Origin: Lama guanicoe
Lineage: Eukaryota
Length of the DNA: 64,000 bases
NCBI GenBank assembly: GCA_013239625.1
Contig: MU053482.1
Location: 5,097,775 to 5,161,774, forward strand
Reading direction: 5' to 3'
The position numbers were made by a program, and so were the translations under genes. Positions 34,951-48,300 of this stretch are shown here, one piece after another; within the stretch, counting starts at the first letter, position 1; every line of letters starts with the position of its first letter. The notes below the pieces were generated by a model that searched no databases, was not told the origin of the DNA, and saw only the letters and a list, made by a program, of their open reading frames with translations.

Positions 34951-35970
34951 TGCCCTTTTTGAACATAATTTCAAGTGCAACTCTCCTGAGTTGTATAGTC
35001 ATCAGAATTTGGCCTTCTTTCTTTCTTTTTTTCACATTTTCTTTTCCTTATAATTTTATTACCTAAGCCCGTATTCCTAAATCGTAGGCAGAGTTCCCTC
35101 CTTTATGTTTTCCCTACTCCAGTTCTTCAAAGGAAGGCTCTCCAACAGGGGCATGAGCGCAGAGAGAGGAGGGCAGAGAGGGGCCTTGTTGGCGGAGGAG
35201 TTGGCAGAGGGTTAGAGGGGCAGCCGGAGGAAGTGAGCAGCAAAGAGAAGGAAGAGAGGGAGGAACAGAGGAAGTGAGGACGAGAGGAAATTGTTGAAGC
35301 AGCAGCTCAGGACCCACAGTGGAACGCTCCTGAAAATACAGTCCAGCTCCAGCCTCGAACCTGGCTGCCTGGCTCTGTCCTTAATCTGAAGCTTTCTTTT
35401 GGATGACACCTACCTACTGAGTACTCCCCGCCAGGTGGCCTCCTGTGTCCTCCCCTCCCTTAAGAAGGGAGGGGTAGCTTCCTCCTCACTCACCACCTCA
35501 TCCCCCGTGGTAGCCCCAGGCCCTCCCCTCCTTTCCACCACTCTTGGCTGGCTCTGTGGTGCAGGCTGAAGGCAGAGGGAGAGGGACCCCAGAGACAGGT
35601 AAGACCCAGGGGACACAGTCAAGGTCAGGATGCTTTTTCCAGGGCAAAGGCTGCGTGCTCTGGGGTCTGCTTTCTTTCAGTGAGAGGTGACACGCCCCTG
35701 CCCCAGCACCTCTGCCCCTCACTGGCCCCTGCTCTGAATTCTTGCTGCACACACTGCCCATCCTTCAACAGCCACCTGCCCCTGCTTGTCTCATGGGGAT
35801 GCTCTTCTCTCCCAGGACAGGGAACTGGCTCTGCAGGGCAGACGCCCACCCCAGGACCATGCTGGGCACATGTGGTGGGTGGCAGGAGGAAGAGGACAAG
35901 CAATGCCAATTTGGGGCCATGTGTCACCACTGAAGCAACATGCATTTTTTTTGTTTTGTTTTCTATGCAG

Positions 35971-36047
35971 ATATCGTCAACTGCGACCTGAAATCCACAC
36001 TGCGGGTGTTGTACAACCTCTTTACCAAGTACCGGAATGTGGAGTGA
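35971..36047 (+). CDS. PARVA: Alpha-parvin terminal coding exon (probable exon 13; 77 coding nt): (D)IVNCDLKSTLRVLYNLFTKYRNVE*
   Basis: T-rich tract + gcAG (35969-35970), TGA at 36045-36047; C-terminus matches alpha-parvin as recalled. Confidence 0.97.
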
Positions 36048-36349
36048 GGGGCAGACTGGACCGTCCCCCGAGCCGCCTTAACCTGCTTGTTCCTGTCTCC
36101 TGCTCTGTGCTCTTCCCTAAGTCCAGCTGTGACCCAGAGACCGTGGGAACTGAAATTAGGAAGGAAGTGATCAGTAACTCAGTGGGCTGACTCACACCTC
36201 CCAGGCTCTGAGGACTGACCCAGCAGCAGTGGCTGGTGAAGGTTGTCCCCATCCTGGTGCTAGGTCCAGATTTTCCTGTGTGATTTGGGAACCAGCTTAA
36301 GCACAAGGGACCACCCTCCCCCCAACCAGAAGATGAAAATAAAGATAAT

Positions 36350-36515
36350 AGTTACCATTTAATGGGTGTAACCTGTGGGCTGGGCACCATGCCAAGTGCT
36401 CTGACCTGCTCAACTCGTGAATACTCATGACTCCCACTGAAGCATATGTTATCAGCCCCTTTGACAGATAAGGAAACTGAGGCTTAGAGGTTACATAACT
36501 TGCCAGAAGTTGCCA
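36350..36515 (-). mobile_element. MIR SINE in the 3'UTR
   Basis: cccctttgacagataaggaaactgaggcttagaggttacataacttgcc. Confidence 0.75.
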
Positions 36516-39000
36516 CTTGTTTTTCTTCTTTGAATATATGTTAATAAGTAGCCCATCACATAACATTCTCTGCACGTTCTGTAGTTGTGTGTGTGTCCAC
36601 CTGCACCCTCCAAGAAGCCAGAAGCCCCCTGATCTCACCACCAGGCAGACTAGGTCAGGGCTCAGTGGTTCACAGTAAAACTGGCAAATCAAATTTAACC
36701 CAGTTAATAGTATGTGTGTGGCAGGAGCCATGTCCCTTAACTCCTTTGTGCAGATGACAATTATCCTTAATTCCTTCAGATTTGTAATAACCCCTTACTC
36801 TGGTTTCAGAGTGACATTTGGGAAGGATTGTGTTTAAAATTAATGGAGTGGCACATTTTGCAGCCTTTTTGCTTGATTGCATGTAATGGAAGTGCCCTAT
36901 ATTTTCCTACAAAGTAAGTACTCGATTCATTATCGTTAGGCAAATGTACAATATACCCGGGCACCGCAGAGAGCTGGGCGCGGGCCCATGTGAGCAGGGC
37001 TTGGGAAGTAGGGCTCTTCAACAGGGACCCTTGAGCTTTAAAGAAAGGAACTCCTTTTTGCCCTCTAATTGATCATTTAGACCATTTCTGGCTAAGTCTG
37101 CCCACATGCAATTACTGGCTAATTCAGGCGAGGAAAAATGTAAGTTATTTAGACCCAAGCTGAGTGGTTTCCTTGCGTGGGTTACCCGCGGGCTCATGGT
37201 TACATGGGTCCCCTCTGTGTGAACCCAACTTTGGTATACAGGGCTCTTGTCCTGCGGGGATAGGAAGGGGACTGAAGTGGGGGTGACTAGGAGGACAAGC
37301 GGCGTGGGGCAAATACTTGCACATTCCATGTGCTCCATAGGGATGGGCTGATGGTACCTAATACTTGTGCTCATGAGTTGACCAAGCCGTGGGATAACTA
37401 GTAACGTGTGCTGATAATATATCCGCATCACAGAATTTTCCTAAATATGCCAGGTAGACACCAGCCTGTGTCCCGCCTCCAGAATGCTTTGTCACTACTG
37501 GAGGCCCAGTCGTGCAAAGCCCATTTGTAGTTTGAGGAATTCATTTTGGCCTCTGTCTACACCACCAGCCAGAGCGAGGCCTCCCATCGTGTCTAAAACA
37601 TTCCTTCCAGCTTCGCCTCACGTCTGACTCCACAGTCTAGCTGCAGTAGCTCAGAACCCACGCGATTTAGATGCACTGCCTGTTTCTGCAGAGATTTTTC
37701 TCCAAAAAGGAATTATTACTCAGCATAATGAGCATTTAAGATACAAAGCAAATGTACTCTCGTGTCAATTTATGTAAAAGAATACAATTCGTTTTTACAT
37801 AATCAGTGAAGTATTTCGTTTTTCATTAGGAAACACTAGATACCATGATATTTGTTTGCTCTCTTTTAAATTCCTAATACCAAATCAACGTAGATAACTG
37901 CTTTGTCTCCTTGAGCAATACTAAAGAGGGATGAAATAAGAGGACTGTGTTCATTTAAACAGGCTTTGCTGTAAGAGGTTTGTCTTTTGTTTTTTCCTTA
38001 TATTCAAGCTGTAAATGGAGAGTGGACAAGTGGCCTTATTCAGGGCACTCCTTTCTATATTTTATGTGTACACTGTAATGAAAACACCTCAGAACCCTTA
38101 GAAAGTTTTCCATAACAAGTCTAATTTATCAGAAAAGTGTTTTGAGACCGAGATCTTTGCCTTTAGTCCAGAATCCCAGGGCCTGGGCCTGGTTTTATAA
38201 CCCTATCGTCTCATTTAGACACTTTCCTTTAGATTCTGGAATCTCCTGCTTAATACATGAAGCGGGGAAAAGCATCAGAAAATAAATAAGCCAAACTTAA
38301 CTCTCAGCTCTTTTAAAAGGAAAAAAAAAAAAAACCGAGAAAAGAATCAAGTCTCTAGGCTCACTGGGTCCTTTTGTCCTTTCTGCTCTTTTCTAAATTG
38401 AAATTCATTGATATTTTTAATAGTTATAAATGGTGCAAAATTAAAAAAGCATAAATGGGTATCTAGTGAAGAACCTCATCTCCCTCTCTCCCCTCCCCCA
38501 GCAGCCAATTTACCTGTCCCGAGAAGCAGCTATTTTGATCCGTTTTATATTTACTTCCAGAGATACCCTGGCCATATAAAGCATCAGCAGACATATAAAA
38601 TCATTTTTTAACATAAATAGCATAATATACATACTATCATGCACACTGCTTTTTTCACTTAATGTTCTATCAAGGAGATTATTTTACACTGGGTATTAAA
38701 ACTTCTTACATTTTGAAACGAGGATGAGTACTTTATAAATCCAAATGCACATGTCTGGTCTGCACGAGCTGGGAAATGAAAGCCCGACCAGAGGAGGTAA
38801 TGCCACATAGATAGTGATTCCAAAGTCAAGACCGGGACCTACCAGGGTCGGGGTAGAGGGTGTCTTACCAGACACGTTTTCCTGTGCCCTGAGCTGAATT
38901 TAGTTTTTTAAGGGCTCCTTTGGATTATTACGGTGAATGGTGTGCAGTTTAAGCTTTCATTTGTACATATTACTAGGGCTACTAATTTGTAATTGACTGA

Positions 39001-39600
39001 GAAAAACCGGTATGGAAATTCCTCAAAAAACTAAATAAATTTACCATATGATCCAGCAACCCCACTGCTGGGCATATAACTGGAGGGAACTCTTAATTTG
39101 AAAAGAACATGCACTCCAATGTTCATAACAGCACTATATACAATAACCAAGACATGGAAGTAACCTAAATGTCCATTGACAGATGACTGGATAAAGAAGC
39201 TGTGGTATATTTCTACAATGGAATACTACTCAGCCATAAAAAATGAATAAAATAATGTCATTTGCAGCAACATGAACAGACCTAGAGATCATCATTCTAA
39301 GTAAGCCAGGAAGAGAAAGAAAAATACCTTATGATATCACTCATATATGAAATCTTAAAAAAAAAAAGAAAGAAAAACGGCACTATGAAACTCATCTACA
39401 AAACAGAAATAGACTTGCAGACATAGTAAACAATCTTATGGTTACTGGGGAAAGTGGGTGGGAAGGGATAAATATGGGAGTTTGAGACTTGCAAATACTA
39501 GCTACCATATATAAAAAATTTAAATAGACACAACATTGTAAAATGATTATAAATCAATAAAAAATGTTTTTAAAAAAAGATTTAAATAAATAAATAAGCA
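39001..39600 (+). mobile_element. 5'-truncated LINE-1 (ORF2 C-terminus + 3'UTR + A-rich tail)
   Basis: ggtatggaaattcctcaaaaaactaaa...ccatatgatccagcaaccccactgctgggcatata...aaccaagacatggaagtaacctaaatgtccattgacagatgactggataaag; AATAAA 39556-39561. Confidence 0.92.
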
Positions 39601-39995
39601 AAAATATAAAGCACCCCACAGTGTTCTGCTACAAGCCCAGCCGCCATACAGCGCCTGTCTACTCTATGGGAAGGTTCCAGTTTCACATGTGTAGGCACAG
39701 AGCTGACATTTTCAAAATCTGGGAGAAGGACTCTATATCAGCACATCATCAATATTGTCCTGAGTTAGTTGCTATTTGCAATTGCTGTTCTCGGTTCTTT
39801 TTAATTATGAATTACGGTTAGCTTAGCTTTAGCATTATCAGTTTATTTTGTTGTGGGTGGCTTGGTTAACCCTACAGAGTATACTGGAGCTTATTTGCAT
39901 CAACAGTATTCTGGGGCTGTAATTTTCCAATAACTCGACTCTCAGACGTGTATACATTGTGGTTCAAATATGAATCATCCATACTCCAGTGCTAG

Positions 39996-40001
39996 AATAA
40001 A
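39996..40001 (+). terminator. Candidate distal polyadenylation signal of PARVA
   Basis: AATAAA in unique U-rich context with TGTA at ~39949 and 40002; inference only. Confidence 0.5.
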
Positions 40002-43000
40002 TGTATACAAAATCCACTCCCTCAAAATTATCACTAATTTATTTTTCCACTGGAAAATGAGACTAGATGGAGTCAGTAGGTCAAGCAGTTTTGCTCTGCC
40101 TAAGTAGGGGCTGATCAAAAATAATTTGAGATCCGCTGCAGTTAATTACAAACCCACCTCCCTAAAAAACATTCTACAGATGCAAGAGGGATGTGTCCTG
40201 AAATCTTCACCAATGCTACTATTGCATGCAATCTTTCCCCTCCCTCCACCGCCAAAATTCACTGAGCTCTATTGGAAAATTTGAGAGTTGCTGTGGAAAC
40301 TGAGAACAAGACGACTGCACTGAAATACAAATGCTGTGTGGTCGGTGGACTCACTCACCAGCTTCCCAACACTTGCAGATTCAGGTCCCAGCAAAGGATA
40401 AGTTAGTATGTAGGAGTTGCTCGCTATTATAACTACAAAGACTTTATCTGCACACACCAAATTTCAATGTTTTTTCTCCTCCTTTTCCCTGAAAAATATA
40501 AACCCAGGCTAGCTCCAAAATGTGCTCGTGCCTCTTGCTTTGCTGTTTGGGCTGTTTGCACGTGTGTACATGTGTTCCTGATGACAGCAAGGCAGCACGA
40601 GGGTGCTCAATGCAGGATGACCGGTCCCCACACCAAGCCTGGCAGCCTTGAGAATTGCAGGCTTACCAGGTAGGAAGCCCAGTGAAGCATCTCTTCAAGT
40701 ACATCATGTAGGAGGTTAATAGATGTGAGGTGAAGAAAATGTCGCACTCAAGTTTGGGAAACAAGAGGCTAAAAAGAAAATTAAACTCACTTTCTACAGC
40801 TTTGATTTTTTTTTTTGGTTTGTTTTTGTTTTATAACTAGAGCCCATCTCAGAGTTTCCTGCACTGATGCACATTGTGACCGTCTATGGGGTGACGGAAG
40901 AGGGCACATCCCACAGGACCTATTTGCCTCCTAAGGAATTTGCAGGATGAGTTCTTGGTGGGTCTCACCCGTTCATTTAGCCGTTAGGCCGTATAGTCTA
41001 GGAGTATGTGCTGAGTGTCTACGACGTGTTAGGTACACTGTGTCCAGTGGCGAGGGAGGCCCACTTGTGGAGCTCCCTGTCTAATAATGGGGGAGACGCA
41101 CAGAAGTCATCACAAATCACTGGTACCTACAAATCGGGATGATCTCTGTGCAGAAGCACAAAAAACTGTGAAGGAGGTCTCATTTAGATTTTGAGGTCAA
41201 GAGAGGTCTCTGGCAAAGTGACGTCTTAAAGTGACACCTGAGTCATTGCGCTACTCGAGTAAAGAGCTATTAAGGTAAGGCGGCTGAGCCAGGAGAAGAC
41301 TTGGCTCCTCGGAGGGACTGGCAGAAAGCCAGGATGGCTGGGGTATGAAGAGTGAGAGGGGAGAAGAGGTGTCAGATCAGAGGATGACAGATTTTATCGT
41401 AGGAAAAATGGGAAGCAATGTAAGTTAAAAACCCTGGCCGCTGTGTGGGAAAACTTGAGAAAGCTGTGTCAGCAGGATGGAAGTCTGGGACCACCTTTCC
41501 GTCTCCATACCACGGTCATGGCTGGAGAGCACAGGAGCCCAGGAGAGGAGACCCAGCTCCTGCCCAGCCCCACCCTACCCGGAACCTGGTCTCAAGCGTG
41601 CGCAGGAGGCCTGGGTGCGCTCTTCAAAGGCAGTGCCTGCGGGAGCGCCTAAGACTCCGCCTCCTGCTGCCCAGAGGGAAGGAGCTATTATGCCACCTCC
41701 ATCCTCTCTACATTTGGGTCTTTTAAGAAGAGCTAAAGGAATCAGAAGACTGGATGGGGCTGCAGATGTAAAGCAAAGGAGAGGAGAGGACTACGAGCCA
41801 GAGAGCTCATCCCTGGGACTGATGCCCCTAACCTTCCCACCAGAGGACCTGTTTGGATTCGGTGAGGGGAGCAGGCATGCTGTCACCCAGCCTAGGGGAG
41901 GGGCAGCGTATGGGGCTCGCGGAGGTGGAACAATAATTTCGTTCTCCCAGCGCATAACCATCAGCATGATTTACTGTTGGCACGTTACGTGAAGCCTACC
42001 AAAACTGGCCCACTTACACTTTACAGGTAGGGTCTTGCAAAATCTCTTTCACAGGAAGGTACCATATTATTTTATTTTCACTGGGAGTTTTGAAATACCA
42101 GAAATATCCCCGGAAAGTCCGCCTTGGGAGATCCTTGGTTGGAAAGCTGTCCAGCAGGTGCCTGCCCCTGGGTGACACTTCTCCTTTGCAGGCTCCCAGG
42201 GCCTGAGCAGTCAGCATTCTTGCCTCGAGTCCTCTGGGCCTTCTGCCCACACAGGGGCAGTAGCTCTGGTGCTGCCATTTAAAAGGGCACTTCGGAAATT
42301 CTGAGAAGCCCCAATGATTAAGATAAATGATGTTTTATCAGTGAAACAAACTTTTCATTTCTTGTTATCGATTTTCATGTTTTCACATCTTCAGATGCGA
42401 TTTGGTCACCCTGGGGCAGCATTCCAAAACACACAAATGTTGTTAAGGCAACCGCTTTAAAGAGTGTCCTGTTTTATTGAGGTGGACAGGACAATAGATA
42501 AATATTTAATCTGCTACACGTTTGCTTGGTCTGGGAGCCAGGACTGGGACTGCACAACACTCAGGCTCTTACACGTCTTCCTGGAAACTGACAATGGCCT
42601 CGCCACCCTTGGCAAACATTGGCCAGTGCTTCTGAAAAGCAGCTCCTGGAAGGCTTTTCTTACTCAAGCTTCAGATTATCCCATTTTTCCTTATTTGCCA
42701 CGATATTGGAGAATGCCAGCTCTCATGGAACTGGGGACATTTGGCTTGAAATAATGGACCATACGACGGTGACCAGTAAGCAAGCATGCACCACGCTAGG
42801 TTACTGAGGGCGTGTACCCCTCCTCTCCTCCATGCTGCGTCTCTGGATGATGCAGTGCACATGGGGGGTGACTGCATTCTCTGTACAATACCTGAGCCTG
42901 TACTTCCTGCATCATTGGTCCTTCCAGCTAATTCCCATAATGTCCTACTATCCTGCATCGGAATTGCATGTTGTCCAGACCCATGACCAAGTTTGTCATT

Positions 43001-43899
43001 GCCTGTAACACGAGAGCAAGCTTAACAGCAACTAATCAGGGGATCTGCCAGATTATTTTAGTTTATAAAATTTACCCATCCATGTGTCTTCAGTCATGGA
43101 TTAAGTGGCTTTCTGACCTGCATACCTTTGGTGCAATTTGCCAAAAAGATACAGAGCTTTCTCTCCTGTTCTTTTCATGATGATTCCAATGCCTACATGA
43201 AGTGTTCCCACCCATGGTGGCACAGGCCTGCCCTCGCATTGATGAACAAAACACCAAACACCACAGGACACGAAGACTCCCAGTCACTCCCTTGGCAGGG
43301 CCCCAAGCTGCACATGATCGGAATGCAACTGAGTCGGGGAATATTTGTGGAATGCCTGTTCTGGGTTCAGCCCCATTCTATGCACAGACTGAGATCAGAA
43401 AGTACAGGGTCCCTTCCCAAATGGATTCTTCCATCCTAGTGGGGGCGACAGGTACAGCTCATTTGAAATAATTGAGTGGCATGATGAGACAGGCCAGATA
43501 CCTCTGAGGGTCCCTAGTTAGATTCTCTCAGAAATCACCTCAGTCGCTGTGTAATCTTTAGTGGCATTTGCCCTCAGGATCAGAAATTTCATGTCCCATA
43601 CAGATTAGGTGCTTCAAAAACCACACAACTCACCCTTAGGCTGCACGGAGACTGAGGAACACTTTTCTCAAATCTTATTTGTTGCTGGAAAATCACTATC
43701 TCTATTCCACAGATTCCAAATAGCCAGCAAGGACCCCAGAGTCCAGCCTGGGCTCTACTGCCAGCCATTTTGACTCTGCCGTCACACTCAAAGCTTCCTT
43801 GCCTCTCCAGTCACCTTCATTCAGCTCCACTGGTAGGCATCCCTAGTCTTAATCCCCAGCACAGAGCTGCTGCAGAAAGTCACAGAATGGCCATGTACC

Positions 43900-45130
43900 A
43901 GCTGACCGCTTAGTCATCCTTCAGTTGCCACTGGATGCTCCTGGCTTCTTCAAGTCCTCTCTCATTAATTGCCTTCATTTCCCCAAACCCCTATTCCTTA
44001 CCTTTTCCCCATGCCACTTCTCCCACTTTCTCCCCCGTTATGTCTTCCCCTCTTCCTTCACCAAGAAATCAAAGCCATTTGCTTCATGCTCTTAACCAAA
44101 GCATCTTGGCATGTCTTCTCACTGCCTCTTCTTCCTGCCTCAACTCCCACCCCGCCCCTTCCTCCACCTGCCTTGTCCAGGACCAGCTCCCTCCTCCTCC
44201 AGCATCTTGACCTGTACTCCAGACCATGCAGATTTCTAGGATGAAAAACACTTGTATTGGAGCCAGTTCTTCCTGCAATTCCATCTTCTTCCGTTTTCTC
44301 CCCTGAGACATTCTCCTGAAAGTATACAGATCTACGGTGATTCCATTTCCTCCATTTCTCCTTTCTTTTATGAATCCCGAAAATCAACCACTAGTTTCCC
44401 AGAAGCTGATGAAACTGTTTTCTCAGTGGTCAGCTCTCCACCCAGTGGGCTGACCCAGCCCCTCTCTCCCTGGCTGTGTGGCATCCGACCTTGTCATCCA
44501 TTACTTCCTTCCAGGAACTCGGCGGCCAAGGTTTCAGAGGCGCTACGTTCTGCCGCTTCCCTCCCACCCTCTGGCTGCTGCTCTGTTTCCTCCCTGATAC
44601 ACTCATCCTTACCCCCAGCTCCCCCCGGCGTGAATGCTCCCTGGGGGCATCCTATGTACTTCTGTCCTCATGCGTCTCCCTGGCTTCCCCTTCTGCCTGC
44701 TCTCCCCCAGCCCCCACGTCTCACCCAGCCAGGGGGGCATTTCCAGCTTTACAACATCACCTTTTGAATAGGGTACCCCAGGTCCAACTTGGCACACCTC
44801 AAACTGAATTTTTGTCCTCCCTACACCTGCTCCTTTAGACACCCCTCATCTTCCAGAGGCGCTGTCTCCCTCCCAGCACCCTCGCTTCCAGAGGCTCACG
44901 GTGACTTTCCCGCTCCCCACCCCCACCACAGCCAGCCAGTCCTTGACTGTTGGTTGACTGCTTCATGAAGCACCTGTTTTGCATCTTCAGGTAGCCAGTT
45001 AACTCCCTAATTTCGACCTCATCCTCTCATGCCTGGGTATTGCAATGGCCTCTGAACTAGCTTGCCTTTGGGCTAATCCATCCTACACATATTTGCTGCT
45101 TAAATGTCTTGAAACACAGCTCAGATAATC
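43900..45130 (+). mobile_element. Degraded L2 LINE fragments
   Basis: Pyrimidine-rich L2-like text (ccaaggtttcagaggcgctacgttctgccgcttccctcccaccctctggctgctgctc; ctcatgcctgggtattgcaatggcctctgaactagc). Confidence 0.55.
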
Positions 45131-45169
45131 CCACGCCCCTTCTCAATACTAACAGTGGTGCTTCTCGAC

Positions 45170-45360
45170 ACTTACAAATAATCGCACTTAATCCTCTCAA
45201 CAACCCTCTGAGGCAGGTACTATTATTCTCATTTTACAGAAGGAGAAATGAAGGCACAGAGATTTAGTGACATGACACAGGTCCTATGCCTCGTCAGTCA
45301 CAGAGCTGGGCTTTGAGCCTGGGCAGCCTGGCTCCAGAGTTCAGGTTCTAACCTCGTGAA
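45170..45360 (-). mobile_element. MIR SINE
   Basis: ttaatcctctcaacaaccctctgaggcaggtactattattctcattttacagaaggagaaatgaaggcacagaga. Confidence 0.82.
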
Positions 45361-48300
45361 CTCAGGACCGTTAGTGGCTTCTGCTGTCCAGAGACCAGAA
45401 TCCCTTTGCCTGCTCAAGGCCTCTAGAATCCGGTTCTATGCTGACTGACCAGCAGCTACCTCTTTGCATCCAGACAGACCCACGTGTTTGCCAGAGAATT
45501 TTCGTTTCCTGCCAGCAGCTGTTCTCCTTTGCTTTTTAAATGGAATTCCTGAAACCACCAGGCTCGGACTGATAAGGCTGTCATTTGTTTGTTCCTCATT
45601 TGTTCAATATTTAGACATTGCCTGTGGTGCCAGACACTGTGCTAGGCACAGGACACTGCAGAGAGTGGAAGAGACATGCCTTGTCCCCGCATGTGTATGC
45701 TCCCGATTCCACACGGACCTCAGCTGCATCTCCCCTGCTTCTGCTCAGCCTTGACCCCTCCAATTGCCACCCCTAGCAGGATCCTGCTAATCCCTGTGTC
45801 TCTGGGACCAGGCCCTCTTTGGTTGTATCCTATGTAGCACGTGCTTTGCCAAAGCCAAGAGTGTTGCCAGGGGATGAATGCTCCCTCCTGGGAAAGCTCA
45901 GCTTCAAGCCCTTTTGCTCAGGAGAGCGTGATTCAAGGAGAAGCTGCAGAGGTAAAGCAAAGACTTCGGACAAACTCTTGTTGGACTCCAACCATGTGCC
46001 AGGCACAGGGTTGGCTCCTACAAACATCTCAGCAATCTCTCAGGTTATCTCTGTTTTACTGAAGAGAGAACAGAGTTCCACAGAGGTCCTCCTCTGGGAC
46101 TCAAACCCAGCTCAGTCTGACTCAGAAGTCTTCATTCTCTTCAGAATTCCCTGCTGCCTCCACATCCTTATAAACCTGGTCAACCTAAGCCACATGGGCC
46201 AAAGACTGGGGTCCAGAGCAAAGTCAGTGGGGTTTGGCTCTAACTGTGGATCAGTGTTCCTCTTAACATCTTAAACACTGTTTCTTCTTGACGTCACTTT
46301 GTGTATTTATCTATTGCATTATTTGATTGGCAGAGGGGGAATGGTGAGGCTTTCCTTAACTGACTGCAGGAAACTCTGAAACTGGAGGAAAGGTTTACCA
46401 AAACTCCAAAGGTGTTCTTTTGAGGGTATGTTCTACATCTTTTCCTGCCAAACACTTGGTTATCGAGGTGCTTCTGGGAGGAGCACAGGTCTGAATGCCT
46501 GAAGGAGCCTCACTTCCTCTCTAGGAAAGAAGTGGCTTGGCATTGCCCTGGAGTGGGGATTCGGGGGGCTGTGCGACTTTGGGCAGAAAGCAGGAGTCAG
46601 GCTGAGCACGAGGCACATGGCTGGAGGCGGGGAAAGGGCCTGGGTCCAGGCAGGCTTGGGGCTGGGCCCAGGGAAAGCAGCCAGACCTGCTGATGTCCCA
46701 CAGGTGAGGCTCACAAGGCACAGCGCTGTTCAGGCAGGTATATGGGGAGGGAGTGAGCAGGAAGGAGGACTTCAGCAGGTAGGGCTGAGCCCAGGCAGTA
46801 AGCAAGACTCAAGATCAGAGGAGGAGATGCCTTTTACAGAGGGGGCTGACTGACTAGCCTTCTGGGATCCATCGAGGAATGGTAGTGTAGGGCAGGGGTC
46901 AAGACAGGAGCTTAGGTCTGTAAAGTGGACAGAGAGCCAGGGAAGAGGGCTCCGCCAAAGTGCCCAGGTGCTCTAGCTAGACATTGGGTCTTTAAAAACC
47001 AAACCTTCCAGGGCTGTTGAGTAGGCTACCTGACAACAGACCCCACCCCCACCCTCTCCAACCTTCCTCCCCAACACCCCCCAGGCAGGGAGCTGACTCC
47101 TGCATCTGTGGCTGGGAGTATCAGTGGACCTAGCGACAGGGAACTGAGGAAGTGTGATGACAGCCATCCTGGCTCACAGTCCAGGCCCAGCCCAGCCGCC
47201 TGCTTAGAGCACACGGCTCCATTGGCAGGGCCTGTGTCCATGTGTGAACGAATCCACGAAAAGTCTCCGCTTCCTCCACTCATGACCCAGAATTACTCAC
47301 ACTGGCCTCCATGTAAATGCAGTTCAGAAAGTTAGAAGGTGCTGCGTATTTACAGCAACTCTATGAGATCACATTTCAGAATAGATTTCCAGGGGGAAGA
47401 AGGAAGCCAGCCACACACAGCAGCCATCTTTTCTTAGGTTTTCCCAAATGCGTCAGGGAGTCAAGTTTTGCTGACCCAGGATAAACCCAGGAAAGAGGAC
47501 ACAGCACATGGTCCAGGTACAGCAAGAACCCCTGAAAACTTCTATTTAGAGCAAAGGACTGGGTTTAAGCCCTGGCTCTTGCTAGCTGTGTGTCATTGGG
47601 CAAGTCACTTAACACCTTGCTACAGAAAGCGGCTCAGAGAGGTAAAGTGAGACTGAGTATTGGGCTTGGCTCTGCCTGCCTGACTAAGGTGTCTCCTTCC
47701 CATCTCACCCTCTTCAGGCCTCCCATCTGAAGCTGTGTTCCATCCGTGATAGTAACCATCCCAGACTGAGCAGGACCATTCTATAACCCAGAGCTTGCCC
47801 AGAGGACCAAATGAGTGTGGCTATGGACATTTGGTGAAGCTGAGAGCTCCACCACACATATGAAGTTCTTATTGTGATTCCTGCAAGCATCAGACCAGGC
47901 TGGCCAACAGCAGCATGCTCACTCTGCTCTTCACATACCCATGGCAGAAATTACTAACCAATCCAGGACTCTTCCCCGTTAGAATGACCAGCAACGTCTG
48001 CAGTGGAATGGGAGGGAGGCAGGGAAGGAAAGCTATTTGCCAGTGCAATGCTGCAGTTTATAGCTTGGATACCAACTCAAGGCTCCAAATAGGTGTCTGA
48101 ATGCTAATCACTGGCCCTATTTGAATCAGGCGCCCACTTCTGAGCCAATTAGCTGCGGCCGGTAGTAGGAGCAGAGGCCAAACCTGTAAGAGACAGTAGC
48201 TACCATCCAAGCTCGAGAGAAGAAAACACCTACCAGAAAAAAGCACGTTGTTCTGCTCAGGTGCAGCTATCGTCCTCCTCTGGAAAAGCCACTCTCCTGG

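Larger units (their letters stand above)
36048..40020 (+). other. PARVA: Probable PARVA 3'UTR (3' end inferred)
   Basis: Follows the stop codon. Candidate AATAAA at 36338, 38281, 39556/39585 (L1-derived) and 39996, the last in unique sequence with nearby TGTA motifs. No transcript evidence available. Confidence 0.55.

Noticed and set aside
35428..35441. CTCF-like motif CCGCCAGGTGGC (similar at ~54775)
   Set aside because: Partial match only; cannot be distinguished from chance without PWM scoring or ChIP.
36045..36053. Stop-codon readthrough of PARVA
   Set aside because: Context is TGA GGG GCA, not a leaky TGA-CTA(G) type.
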